Shown here: piece by piece, positions 49,960 to 58,585 of the stretch
Layout: the number at the start of each line of letters is the position of its first letter
How positions within the stretch are numbered: the stretch's first letter is position 1
Assembly (NCBI GenBank): GCA_043824495.1
Contig: JBDRSV010000015.1
Span: 1 to 64,000 of the forward strand
Length of the DNA: 64,000 nucleotides
Direction of reading: 5' to 3'
DNA from: Candidatus Aenigmatarchaeota archaeon
GTDB lineage: Archaea; Aenigmatarchaeota; Aenigmatarchaeia; QMZP01
Position numbers and translations under genes: made by a program
Notes under the pieces: model-generated
What the model was told of the DNA's origin: nothing
What the model saw: the letters and a program-made list of their open reading frames with translations, nothing else
Databases searched by the model: none

Positions 49960-51335
49960 TAATTATCAGCCTAATGGTAGTTGCAAGCATACAAGAATCA
50001 ACATCAACAGGAGAATCATCAGGCATGATTCTATTCTGGGACGGAATTGAAGCTACAGTGCCATCAGAATGGAGTGTTGTGAGCAAAGACATATGCCCAA
50101 TGGGCCAGGGATGGTGTAATGACTTCTACAACAGGACCATAAACATATCATCAGCATACGGAACTGAAGGCGGTTCGGATACATATACAGGAACAGTTTC
50201 ACATGTTATATCACAACCTAGTGTTACAAGAAAAATAGATCCCGGAACACCTAACGGGTTTAATGTGGCTTCTGCAACTCATACAGGAACGCTGACATCT
50301 GAAATACCTGCAAATACAAGTATACCTCCTGTAAGGAACCTTATCATAATAAGGTATGACAATGGAATGCCAGACATGATACCAGCAGGTGCTATAGCGT
50401 TCTTCAATGATACCATACCTCCAGAAAACTGGACGCTGTATACAGAAGGTGATGGTTATTTCTTAAGAGGATCTGATGCTCCAAACACAACTCTGGGATC
50501 ATTAACACATACTCACATAAATGCCAATTTCACTCTTATCGGCGGTGGAGCAGCTGTAGGTACAAGTACAGGAACTACAGTCCCTACACCATCACATTCT
50601 CATGGAACCATAGGAGATCAGAATCTAAGCGAAGAGAATCATATACCTCCTTATGTTGACATGCCCATGATAAAAGCCACTGAAGATACTCCTATTCCAA
50701 TCGGCATGATAGCTGTGTTTAACTCAACTCCTCCAAGTTATTCTTGGGATAATTTAAGCGAGGATCCAAACTTCAACAATCATCTAATAAGAATAAACTC
50801 TTCTTCTTTCAACACAACAGGAGGATCAGCATATCACCAACACGAAGAGATTAACATAACGTTTGGACAAACCTCGGATACCACAAGCAAGAAATATACA
50901 AAACTTGGAGGATTTCACATTACAGTGGCAGGAAGAACTCATGGTCATACTGTAAATATAAGCGTGTCCTCACTTAATCAACCGGCATATGTAACTGCTA
51001 TTTTAGGAATATATACAGGCATCATAATAGCCAACGAGTCAGAAGGAAGAGATGCAATAGAAGAAGGCATAAATAATACTATACCTAATTCCACTAGATA
51101 TGAGGATCAGCAGATATATATAATAAACGAGACGGGTGATCACTCTACTGGATTGTTTGACATAGTTACTATAGAAGGAAACCAGACATGGGCATTCAAT
51201 TATGTTACAGGAAACGAATCGTTCACGAATGTGAATCCTATACTTACTATTGTTAACATATGGGAATCAGCATCCCTTGCTTATAGCCAAATAGTTAGCC
51301 AGGTAGAAGATCTTATAAATGAGACGAAAGAGTAG
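49929..51335 (+). CDS. Secreted protein with three phage tail-collar/fibre-like modules
   Basis: G(M/A)I..(W/F)...P..W repeats, HxH motifs, PP(Y/V) module ends. Confidence 0.7.
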   Translation: MDKKIWLVIIVIISLMVVASIQESTSTGESSGMILFWDGIEATVPSEWSVVSKDICPMGQGWCNDFYNRTINISSAYGTEGGSDTYTGTVSHVISQPSVTRKIDPGTPNGFNVASATHTGTLTSEIPANTSIPPVRNLIIIRYDNGMPDMIPAGAIAFFNDTIPPENWTLYTEGDGYFLRGSDAPNTTLGSLTHTHINANFTLIGGGAAVGTSTGTTVPTPSHSHGTIGDQNLSEENHIPPYVDMPMIKATEDTPIPIGMIAVFNSTPPSYSWDNLSEDPNFNNHLIRINSSSFNTTGGSAYHQHEEINITFGQTSDTTSKKYTKLGGFHITVAGRTHGHTVNISVSSLNQPAYVTAILGIYTGIIIANESEGRDAIEEGINNTIPNSTRYEDQQIYIINETGDHSTGLFDIVTIEGNQTWAFNYVTGNESFTNVNPILTIVNIWESASLAYSQIVSQVEDLINETKE

Positions 51336-51413
51336 ATATCCTTTTCCTCGTGTATATCCAGTTTAAGTGTGACCAAACATCACATCCTCAGAAATCAACA
51401 CAATGTGGCATGT

Positions 51414-52178
51414 TTATTCTTCTAAGAAATAGAATAAAGCCTCTTGTACTGTTGCTATCTCTTTCACTGCAAGTCCAGCTTCTTCAGCAACATTTACTCT
51501 ATATGGAACTGTTTCTGTGGTGCAAATCTCTCTTTCACCAATCTTTCTGCATGTTTCTTGTGATCTCTGCTTAATCTCAGTGGATTGTTGTAGTGGGACT
51601 AAAAACAAAATAATACCGTGTTCTTTAGCTACTTTAGCCTTTGCTGTTACTTCACCAATAGGACCAATTGAACCATCACTTCTGATAGTTCCAGTCATCA
51701 TCACGCTTGTGTTTGGAGTTTTATTTGTCAAAGCAGCTACTGTGGCTACAGTTAAAGCAGCTCCAGCTGAACCACCCTCAATAACAGAAGCATCTGCTTC
51801 TATTGTGTATATCATATCATAATTGGATAGATCAGAACCTGTGACCCCACCTGCTATTTGTCTAGAAGTTCTGATAGATGTCTGAGTGTCAACCCAGAAT
51901 AGAATATTATCTATATTTACTAATGGCCTTCCAAAACCAGGAACAATATCCACATTAATTGTGCTTAGTACACCTTCTTTATTTGAATTAACTGCAGGAA
52001 CATACATTGTTACAGATGTGTTAGAACCAGTATCATTTGTTGCTATGAAACTCTCAATTGGAGTATCAAAATCAAGAGTGCCTCCTCTAGGACCGAACAA
52101 TACATCTGATAGATAAAAAGTTCCTATAAAGTAAATGGCGACAAATGATAGTATAGCTACCACACTTATTACTCTCAT
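51414..52178 (-). CDS. Membrane-anchored Lon-like (S16) serine protease domain
   Basis: 'GGSAGAALT', 'MTGTI..DG.IGPIG...KA' Ser-Lys dyad. Confidence 0.9.
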   Translation of the reverse strand: MRVISVVAILSFVAIYFIGTFYLSDVLFGPRGGTLDFDTPIESFIATNDTGSNTSVTMYVPAVNSNKEGVLSTINVDIVPGFGRPLVNIDNILFWVDTQTSIRTSRQIAGGVTGSDLSNYDMIYTIEADASVIEGGSAGAALTVATVAALTNKTPNTSVMMTGTIRSDGSIGPIGEVTAKAKVAKEHGIILFLVPLQQSTEIKQRSQETCRKIGEREICTTETVPYRVNVAEEAGLAVKEIATVQEALFYFLEE

Positions 52179-52228
52179 ATATTATATTGGTGTGAATTCT
52201 TTTAAATCCTGTATGTTTAATGTGTTCT

Positions 52229-53017
52229 ATGGACGATGTACAAATCGCTATAATTGGCGGAACTGGGGTTTATGATCCAGATATTCTAGAGGATAAGAAA
52301 GAGATAAACGTAGAAACACCTTTCGGTTCTATATCAGCTCCTATAATAGTAGGAAATTATGAAAACAGGAAAATAGCTATACTCCTTAGACATGGTCCTG
52401 GACATAAGATAGCTCCTCACAATATCAATTATAGGGCAAACATTTATGCGCTCAAGCAACTAGGAGTCACACACATAATTTCACCATCGGCTGTAGGTTC
52501 TCTCCAAGAAGATTATCATCCTGGAGAACTAGTATTCGTAGATCAGTTTATAGATAGAACCCATTCAAGACATTCCACTTTCTATGATAAAGACAAAGTA
52601 TGTCACATCTCGGTAGCTGATCCGGTTTGTCCTGATATGAGAAATATAGGAATAGAATCAGCCGAAGAACTAGGATTGAAACACCACAAAACAGGTACAT
52701 ATGTGTGTATACAAGGTCCTAGATTTTCTACAAGAGCTGAATCCTTGCTTTTCAAGAGCTGGAATGGGCATGTGATAGGCATGACAATGGTTCCTGAAGC
52801 GGTTCTAGCTAGAGAAGCTGAAATCTGCTATATGAATATAGCCACAGTAACCGACTATGATAGTTTCAAAGAGGAAGCAGTAAGTTTATCTGATGTATTA
52901 GAAATCATGAAGGAAAACACAGAGAATGTGAAGAATCTAATCAAAAATCTAATACCAAAACTCTCAGAAGAAAGAAGCTGTGCCTGTAGCAAAGCTTTGA
53001 ATAATGCTTTAATATGA
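52229..53017 (+). CDS. mtnP: S-methyl-5'-thioadenosine phosphorylase
   Basis: IIGGTG, RHG, NYRANIYAL, GPRFSTRAES, GMT, VTDYD. Confidence 0.95.
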   Translation: MDDVQIAIIGGTGVYDPDILEDKKEINVETPFGSISAPIIVGNYENRKIAILLRHGPGHKIAPHNINYRANIYALKQLGVTHIISPSAVGSLQEDYHPGELVFVDQFIDRTHSRHSTFYDKDKVCHISVADPVCPDMRNIGIESAEELGLKHHKTGTYVCIQGPRFSTRAESLLFKSWNGHVIGMTMVPEAVLAREAEICYMNIATVTDYDSFKEEAVSLSDVLEIMKENTENVKNLIKNLIPKLSEERSCACSKALNNALI

Positions 53018-53020
53018 AAT

Positions 53021-53297
53021 AGCAGAGACACGCCTTCAGTGGAAGGTAACCAAATAGAACAGTTAACCAAATTCTATCCTCCACTCTGCGGACCCCATAA
53101 ACATTATTTCCACAACTTAGAGCTGCTCCCGTCAAGGTCTGACTCGATTCATTACGTAAACAATCCTATGGGACAGAGCTTCGCAGTCAAGAACCCGGGC
53201 CATTCTATCCAATTACAATCGCCTTCGGGCTTCGACTCCACCATAATGGCGATTTGTGGTAACAGGGAACGCCAAACTCCCCAGCCTAGTCTCTGCT
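53021..53297 (-). ncRNA. ffs: Archaeal signal recognition particle 7S RNA
   Basis: Terminal stem AGCAGAGAC/GTCTCTGCT; Alu-domain start CTAGGCTGGGGAGTTTGGCGTTCCCTGTTACC; helix 8 CAGACCTTGACGGGAGCAG; TTTTAAATA TATA-like box about 25 nt upstream. Confidence 0.92.
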
Positions 53298-53429
53298 GGT
53301 TTTATTATCATTTGGGTATTTAAAAGTATAATTTATGCTCGAATAAGAACTATAGAGATAAGTTATGCAAAATTGAAAAATAAAAGAATAAGTAAAAAAA
53401 GTGAAAAATTTAATTTCTGTCCCGTGAGC

Positions 53430-53777
53430 TTAAACTTTAGATGCTAAGTTATAAACTGCCTTCAAAGCCACTATTAAAGCTGCAGGAGCAACAAATGCTG
53501 CGATATTTTCTACGATGAATGATAGCCAGATTCCAATTGTTGGTATTACTGCAAGATTTGCAGTTCCAACTGCCATTAAGGCAATTGCTGCTATTAAGAA
53601 ACCTGACATTTCTTTATCACCGATGTTTAAGAATCCTACGATTAACCCTAGGATTACCAGTACTAATGTGATATATCCAGCTGACGTTGCGTCTAATGTC
53701 CCTGCTAATAGGCCGGCTAAAATGGCTATAACTACACCCAATATGAAAGCCCAACTTCCAATTCTTTGATTATCCAT
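53430..53777 (-). CDS. Small 4-TM membrane protein
   Basis: Almost entirely hydrophobic; GGTGA RBS upstream. Confidence 0.75.
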   Translation of the reverse strand: MDNQRIGSWAFILGVVIAILAGLLAGTLDATSAGYITLVLVILGLIVGFLNIGDKEMSGFLIAAIALMAVGTANLAVIPTIGIWLSFIVENIAAFVAPAALIVALKAVYNLASKV

Positions 53778-53832
53778 TTGACGTCACCTTGTTTTTATAT
53801 ATTATACACGCAGTCGCATATAAGTTTTCATC

Positions 53833-53863
53833 GACAATAAACGTATTTTCACCGTTTATTGTC
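53833..53863. promoter_or_regulatory. Perfect 11-bp inverted repeat GACAATAAACG-N9-CGTTTATTGTC (operator or terminator)
   Basis: Read directly in the intergenic region. Confidence 0.5.
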
Positions 53864-53940
53864 ACTATTTGTCATTACTACATAACAGTTCTATATAAAG
53901 ATTTGGGTCACCTTTATATGCCAGTGAAACAGCCATGCTG

Positions 53941-54774
53941 CTACACATAAGTCTCTATAAAGGCTCCTAGAACTATTAGTCCAATCGCGAGCATGAATAT
54001 TTTTAAACTCTCAAAAGCGACCATACGCAACACATATGGCTTATTTTTTCTAATTATGGCAGCTGAGAGTAAGCCGCCTGATAGCGATGCCGCTATGTAG
54101 CCTGCAATCTCTGGTATACCATGTGGAAGGAAGGCGAGGCCTATGATAGGTACTTCCCACAAAACTTTCGATAGTTGTCCTATGTAAACTCCTAAAACCG
54201 ACGCGTTCCACGCTATAATAAACACGGATCCAGCTCCGAATATGAATGAAAAAATGAAAGCGAATACAAGAACTTGTAGATTGTTCATTAATACTCGATT
54301 GAAGAAATTGGCTTCATTTATTGCATACCCTTCCAAAGTAGAAGGTCCTATCTCCAAACCAGTTATAGCTCCTCTCACATCACTTATCTTTAGTGATTGG
54401 ATCTGGAAGAAATTCTCAGGGAGAACCATTGACCATAGAGCAAAGGCAAGAGTTAGTCCAGCAAAGAATAACAATAATATGTATATATTCTGTTCATGTC
54501 TATGCCAGAATGATTTCTTGTATTTCTTTTCTATCTCCTTCTCCTCGAAAGCTTCTTCTCTCTTAATCATGAGAGTTATGAAGTAAACAGAAGGTATTAT
54601 AGTAAATAATACAGCAAAGAATCCACCTAAACTGAAGCTAGTCCCAGCAACATCTACTGAATAAGCAACTTGTGTGCTCACTAGTATGGCAATACTACAC
54701 ACAACAATAGACCATATGAACATTATGTATGGTTTTCGATGTATTTCATCAAAATTGATGAGTGATTCGAGCAT
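53941..54774 (-). CDS. SpoIIM (DUF95)-family membrane protein
   Basis: 'NNLQV....FSFIFGAG', 'LPHGIPEI' motif. Confidence 0.85.
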   Translation of the reverse strand: MLESLINFDEIHRKPYIMFIWSIVVCSIAILVSTQVAYSVDVAGTSFSLGGFFAVLFTIIPSVYFITLMIKREEAFEEKEIEKKYKKSFWHRHEQNIYILLLFFAGLTLAFALWSMVLPENFFQIQSLKISDVRGAITGLEIGPSTLEGYAINEANFFNRVLMNNLQVLVFAFIFSFIFGAGSVFIIAWNASVLGVYIGQLSKVLWEVPIIGLAFLPHGIPEIAGYIAASLSGGLLSAAIIRKNKPYVLRMVAFESLKIFMLAIGLIVLGAFIETYV

Positions 54775-54841
54775 AATATAGTATTGTTTCAGCCTGGTTA
54801 AATAGAATTATGAATATAAAATATGAAATCAAGTCTTTACA

Positions 54842-55423
54842 ATGACAAGAGTTTTTATAATTCATGGGTGGGGAGGACACCCAGAAAAAGAATGGTTTTT
54901 CTGGCTTAAGCAAAAACTAGAACCTAAAGGAATTGAGGTTCATGTCCTAAAAATGCCGAATACAGACGAACCTACTATAGAGGAATGGGTTTCTTTTCTA
55001 AGAGAACAGGTAGGAGAACCAGATAAAAACACATACTTTGTGGGCCATTCCATAGGATGTCAAACAATTATTAGATACTTAGAAGCACTCCCAGAAGATG
55101 CAAAAGTTGGAGGGGCTGTTTTTGTTAGTGGATGGTTCACTCTCAAACCAATAATAAAGGAGGAAGAAGGCGCAGAAGAAATTGCAGAACCTTGGATAAA
55201 AACTCCTATTTCATGGAACAAAGTCAGAATACATACAAAAAACTTTACAGCTTTTTTCTCAGACAATGATTATTATGTCCCTGTAGAAAATTCAGAAATC
55301 TTCAAAGAAAATCTCGGAGCAAAAATAATTGTAGAAAAAAACAAAGGACATTTCTCAGAAGAGGATGGCATCAAGCAAGTTCCATATGTTTTAGATGAGT
55401 TATTAAAAATAATAAAAAAATAA
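54842..55423 (+). CDS. RBBP9/YdeN-family alpha/beta hydrolase
   Basis: HGWGG, GHSIG, SDND, GHF. Confidence 0.92.
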   Translation: MTRVFIIHGWGGHPEKEWFFWLKQKLEPKGIEVHVLKMPNTDEPTIEEWVSFLREQVGEPDKNTYFVGHSIGCQTIIRYLEALPEDAKVGGAVFVSGWFTLKPIIKEEEGAEEIAEPWIKTPISWNKVRIHTKNFTAFFSDNDYYVPVENSEIFKENLGAKIIVEKNKGHFSEEDGIKQVPYVLDELLKIIKK

Positions 55424-55500
55424 TTTTTTTCAAAACAAAATATTACACATGTATTTAAGAGCGTGTTAAACTATATATTACTAAAGTGACGGTTGGTCCT

Positions 55501-57972
55501 ATGGTAAAAATAGAAAAAATTGTTATTCAAGGATTCAAGTCTTTCAAGAGAAAGACATCCATACCTTTTTCTGATGGCTTTTCTGTTGTAACTGGTCCAA
55601 ATGGTTCAGGAAAGACAAATGTGAGCGATGCTATCTGCTTTGTTATTGGTAAATCCTCATCTAGAGCTCTTAGAGCAAAGAAAACTCATAATTTAATTTT
55701 CCATGGAAGTAAGAAAAAAGAAGGGTCTGATCATGCAAGTGTTACTATTTACTTTGATAATTCTGATAAGACTGTCCCAATAAATGAAAAAACCGTATCT
55801 ATTGGGAGAAGGATAAACAAGAATGGTGTAAGCACATACAGATTGAATGGAAAAGTTGTAACAAGACAGCAAATAATTGATGTGTTCTCCCAAGCTGGTG
55901 TACATCCTGATGGACAAAATATAATTCAACAAGGTGATGTTACACAAGTTGTGGAGATGGATTCACAACAAAGAAGAAGTATAATAGATGATATTGCAGG
56001 TATCACAGAATATGATGACAAGAAAAATAAAGCAGAAAAAGAGCTAAATAAAATAGGAGAAAAAGTAAAAGAAGCTGAAATTGTTCTTCATGAAAGAGAA
56101 ACAATATTAGAGAGATTACAAAGAGATAGAGACTCAGCTGTGCAATATAAGAATCTGGAAACAGAACTAAACAACCTAAGAGCAGCCTTGTTATGGAAGA
56201 GTTATTCTGACACTGAAAGCGGATTGAAGAAAATAGAAAATGATATACAAGAAAAAACAAAAGAATCTGATCTCTTGGAAAAAGAAATCAAAGATCATGA
56301 CTCTAAACTCGAGCTAGAGGAAAAGGCTTTAGAAGAACTTACAAAGGATGTTATTCAAGCATCAGGTCAGATAGAAGTCACGAAGAGTATAGCTAGATTA
56401 CAAGGTGAAATTGATTCCAAAAAATCAAGAATAGAATCATCCAAAAGAGAAATAGAAAGACTCGGTATGATGGTTGACAAGCTAAAAAGTATGGACAGAA
56501 GAGTACATCCTGAGTTTAAACAGCTACTAAGTTTTGATGGTGTTAAAGGATTCTTGTCTGATTTACTGGACATTCCAAGTAAATATAATACAGCTGTGGA
56601 TGTAGCAGCTGGTTCTCATATGAGAGATGTGGTTGTTGATAGTACAACAACTGCTGTGAAGTGTGTAAAATATTTGAAGGAAAATAGAATAGGAAGATCT
56701 AGATTCTTACCAATGGACAAGATTAGACCATATCCAAAGAAACCATTACCAACAGGATCTTTGGGATGGTTATCAGAATTAGTTCATCACGAACCTGCTT
56801 ATAATGAAATAGTAGAATATGTTCTTGGATCAACTGCTTGCGTGAAAGACATAGATAAAGCAAAAGATATAGCAAGAAAAACAAGAGTGAGAATGGTCAC
56901 TTTAGATGGAGATTTAATGGAAGCTTCCGGTGCAATTACTGGTGGATTCCTCAGAAAGAAAAACAGCGGACCAGATGCAGATTTAACCAAATACATGAGT
57001 GATAGAAAATCTTTAGCTTCAAATATAGGACAACTAGAAGCAGAAGTATTACAATTAAATAGACAACTAAATATCTATGCATCAAAGGAGAAAAAGACAG
57101 ACACAGCAAGCATAGAAAGAAGCAGAGTGAAATTCGATGAGAATGTAAAAAAGGTAAGAGAAGCAAGGAAAGATGCTTACGAAAGAAGATTAGTTTTACA
57201 GCAAGAAATTGGCAAATTAAACATAAAGAGAGCAAGATTGGAAGCCGATTTTGATAATTACAAAGTTCAAATAAATCCTGATGACGAACAAAAAGTTGCA
57301 GAAGAACTAGAAAAAATGAGCGTTCATGTAATCAAAGGAAAACAAAGAGAAGTAATAGAACAAATAGAAGCTCTAGGTCCTGTCAACATGAAAGCTATAA
57401 GCGAATTTGATTTGATCAGAAATGAGTTTGTCGAATTCAAGGAGAAAGTTGACAAGATAGTTTCTGAAAAGAATTCTATTGAAGAAACAATATCTCAGAT
57501 AGAAGGTAAGAAGAAAGTAGTCTTCGATAAAACATTGAATGAGATTTCAAAACACTTCAGAACAATTTATAAAGAATTGACACAGGGTGAGGCTGATATT
57601 GCTTTGGAAGATCCTAATAGTTTGGATTCAGGGTTACAAATCAAGGCATCTCCTCTAGGAAAGAGTTTACTTAGCATAGATTCAATGTCTGGTGGAGAGA
57701 AAACTCTCACAGCATTTGCTTTCTTATTTGCCATACAGAATCATAAACCAAAACCATTCTATATATTAGATGAAGCTGATGCTGCTCTGGACAAGACAAA
57801 TACCAAGAGAATAGTAGAGTTAATCAAGAGACACACAAAACAAGCACAGTTCATAGTAATTTCTCACAATGATGCTCTTGTGAAAGAAGCAGATCAAGTT
57901 TATGGAGTTTCAATGGATGATGGAGAATCCAAGGTTATGGGTTTGAAACTCCCAGAAATTCCAACTAATTAA
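55501..57972 (+). CDS. smc: Chromosome segregation protein SMC, short-armed (823 aa)
   Basis: Walker A GPNGSGKT, Q-loop QQGD, hinge 'VTLDGD..SGAITGG', signature MSGGEK, Walker B ILDEADAALD. Confidence 0.93.
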   Translation: MVKIEKIVIQGFKSFKRKTSIPFSDGFSVVTGPNGSGKTNVSDAICFVIGKSSSRALRAKKTHNLIFHGSKKKEGSDHASVTIYFDNSDKTVPINEKTVSIGRRINKNGVSTYRLNGKVVTRQQIIDVFSQAGVHPDGQNIIQQGDVTQVVEMDSQQRRSIIDDIAGITEYDDKKNKAEKELNKIGEKVKEAEIVLHERETILERLQRDRDSAVQYKNLETELNNLRAALLWKSYSDTESGLKKIENDIQEKTKESDLLEKEIKDHDSKLELEEKALEELTKDVIQASGQIEVTKSIARLQGEIDSKKSRIESSKREIERLGMMVDKLKSMDRRVHPEFKQLLSFDGVKGFLSDLLDIPSKYNTAVDVAAGSHMRDVVVDSTTTAVKCVKYLKENRIGRSRFLPMDKIRPYPKKPLPTGSLGWLSELVHHEPAYNEIVEYVLGSTACVKDIDKAKDIARKTRVRMVTLDGDLMEASGAITGGFLRKKNSGPDADLTKYMSDRKSLASNIGQLEAEVLQLNRQLNIYASKEKKTDTASIERSRVKFDENVKKVREARKDAYERRLVLQQEIGKLNIKRARLEADFDNYKVQINPDDEQKVAEELEKMSVHVIKGKQREVIEQIEALGPVNMKAISEFDLIRNEFVEFKEKVDKIVSEKNSIEETISQIEGKKKVVFDKTLNEISKHFRTIYKELTQGEADIALEDPNSLDSGLQIKASPLGKSLLSIDSMSGGEKTLTAFAFLFAIQNHKPKPFYILDEADAALDKTNTKRIVELIKRHTKQAQFIVISHNDALVKEADQVYGVSMDDGESKVMGLKLPEIPTN

Positions 57973-58077
57973 AAATCTTTTTATTAATAAAAAAACTTTA
58001 AATAGTGTTCAGAACAATAGGCTCTAGTAAGGTGAGACTGATGGAAGATTATCCGCCCCCGGAATTGGAGAACAGGT

Positions 58078-58542
58078 ATGTTCTTGTCACGCAGAAGTTC
58101 AGAGAGTGGAACAAGGTCCTCTTTAGTCTCAAGAATATCAAACAGTAAACCAGATAGATTTTCTTTAGATGATGTTGCACAACAAATAGTTGGTGCTTTC
58201 TTGTTTGCAGCTCCTTTCTCAGTCACAGAAGAAGTTTGGAACCTAGCTAATTCCTTAGATCCTCTGAGACTAGGAGTAATAATTTTCGCCATGATTTTCG
58301 TCTCTACCCTTATCATCTTCTATACAAAGTTCCAAAGAATAGCTAGAGAGAATATAGGACACACTAGCGTTCCAAAAAGACTAGTTTCAGTCATTCTAGT
58401 TGCATATATTGTAGTTACTTCGCTTCTCTGGATGTTTGGAGTTATAGGACAAATAACTGATCCAGTGTGGATAATAAAATTAGTTATATTCATATCGTTC
58501 TTCTCATCTATAGGAGCATCAGCAGCTGATATAATCAAGTAA
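58078..58542 (+). CDS. DUF2391-family membrane protein
   Basis: 'DDVAQQIVGAFLFAAPFSVTEEVWNLA'. Confidence 0.8.
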   Translation: MFLSRRSSESGTRSSLVSRISNSKPDRFSLDDVAQQIVGAFLFAAPFSVTEEVWNLANSLDPLRLGVIIFAMIFVSTLIIFYTKFQRIARENIGHTSVPKRLVSVILVAYIVVTSLLWMFGVIGQITDPVWIIKLVIFISFFSSIGASAADIIK

Positions 58543-58585
58543 ATTGGGATATCTTTTAAAAACATATAACTTATTATCTTATCAG

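Noticed and set aside
49929-51335. Prophage
   Set aside because: The tail-fibre-like gene has a signal peptide, and no capsid, portal, terminase or integrase is adjacent.
57984-58316. 110-aa minus-strand ORF
   Set aside because: Shadow of the DUF2391 gene and its upstream region; no motif.
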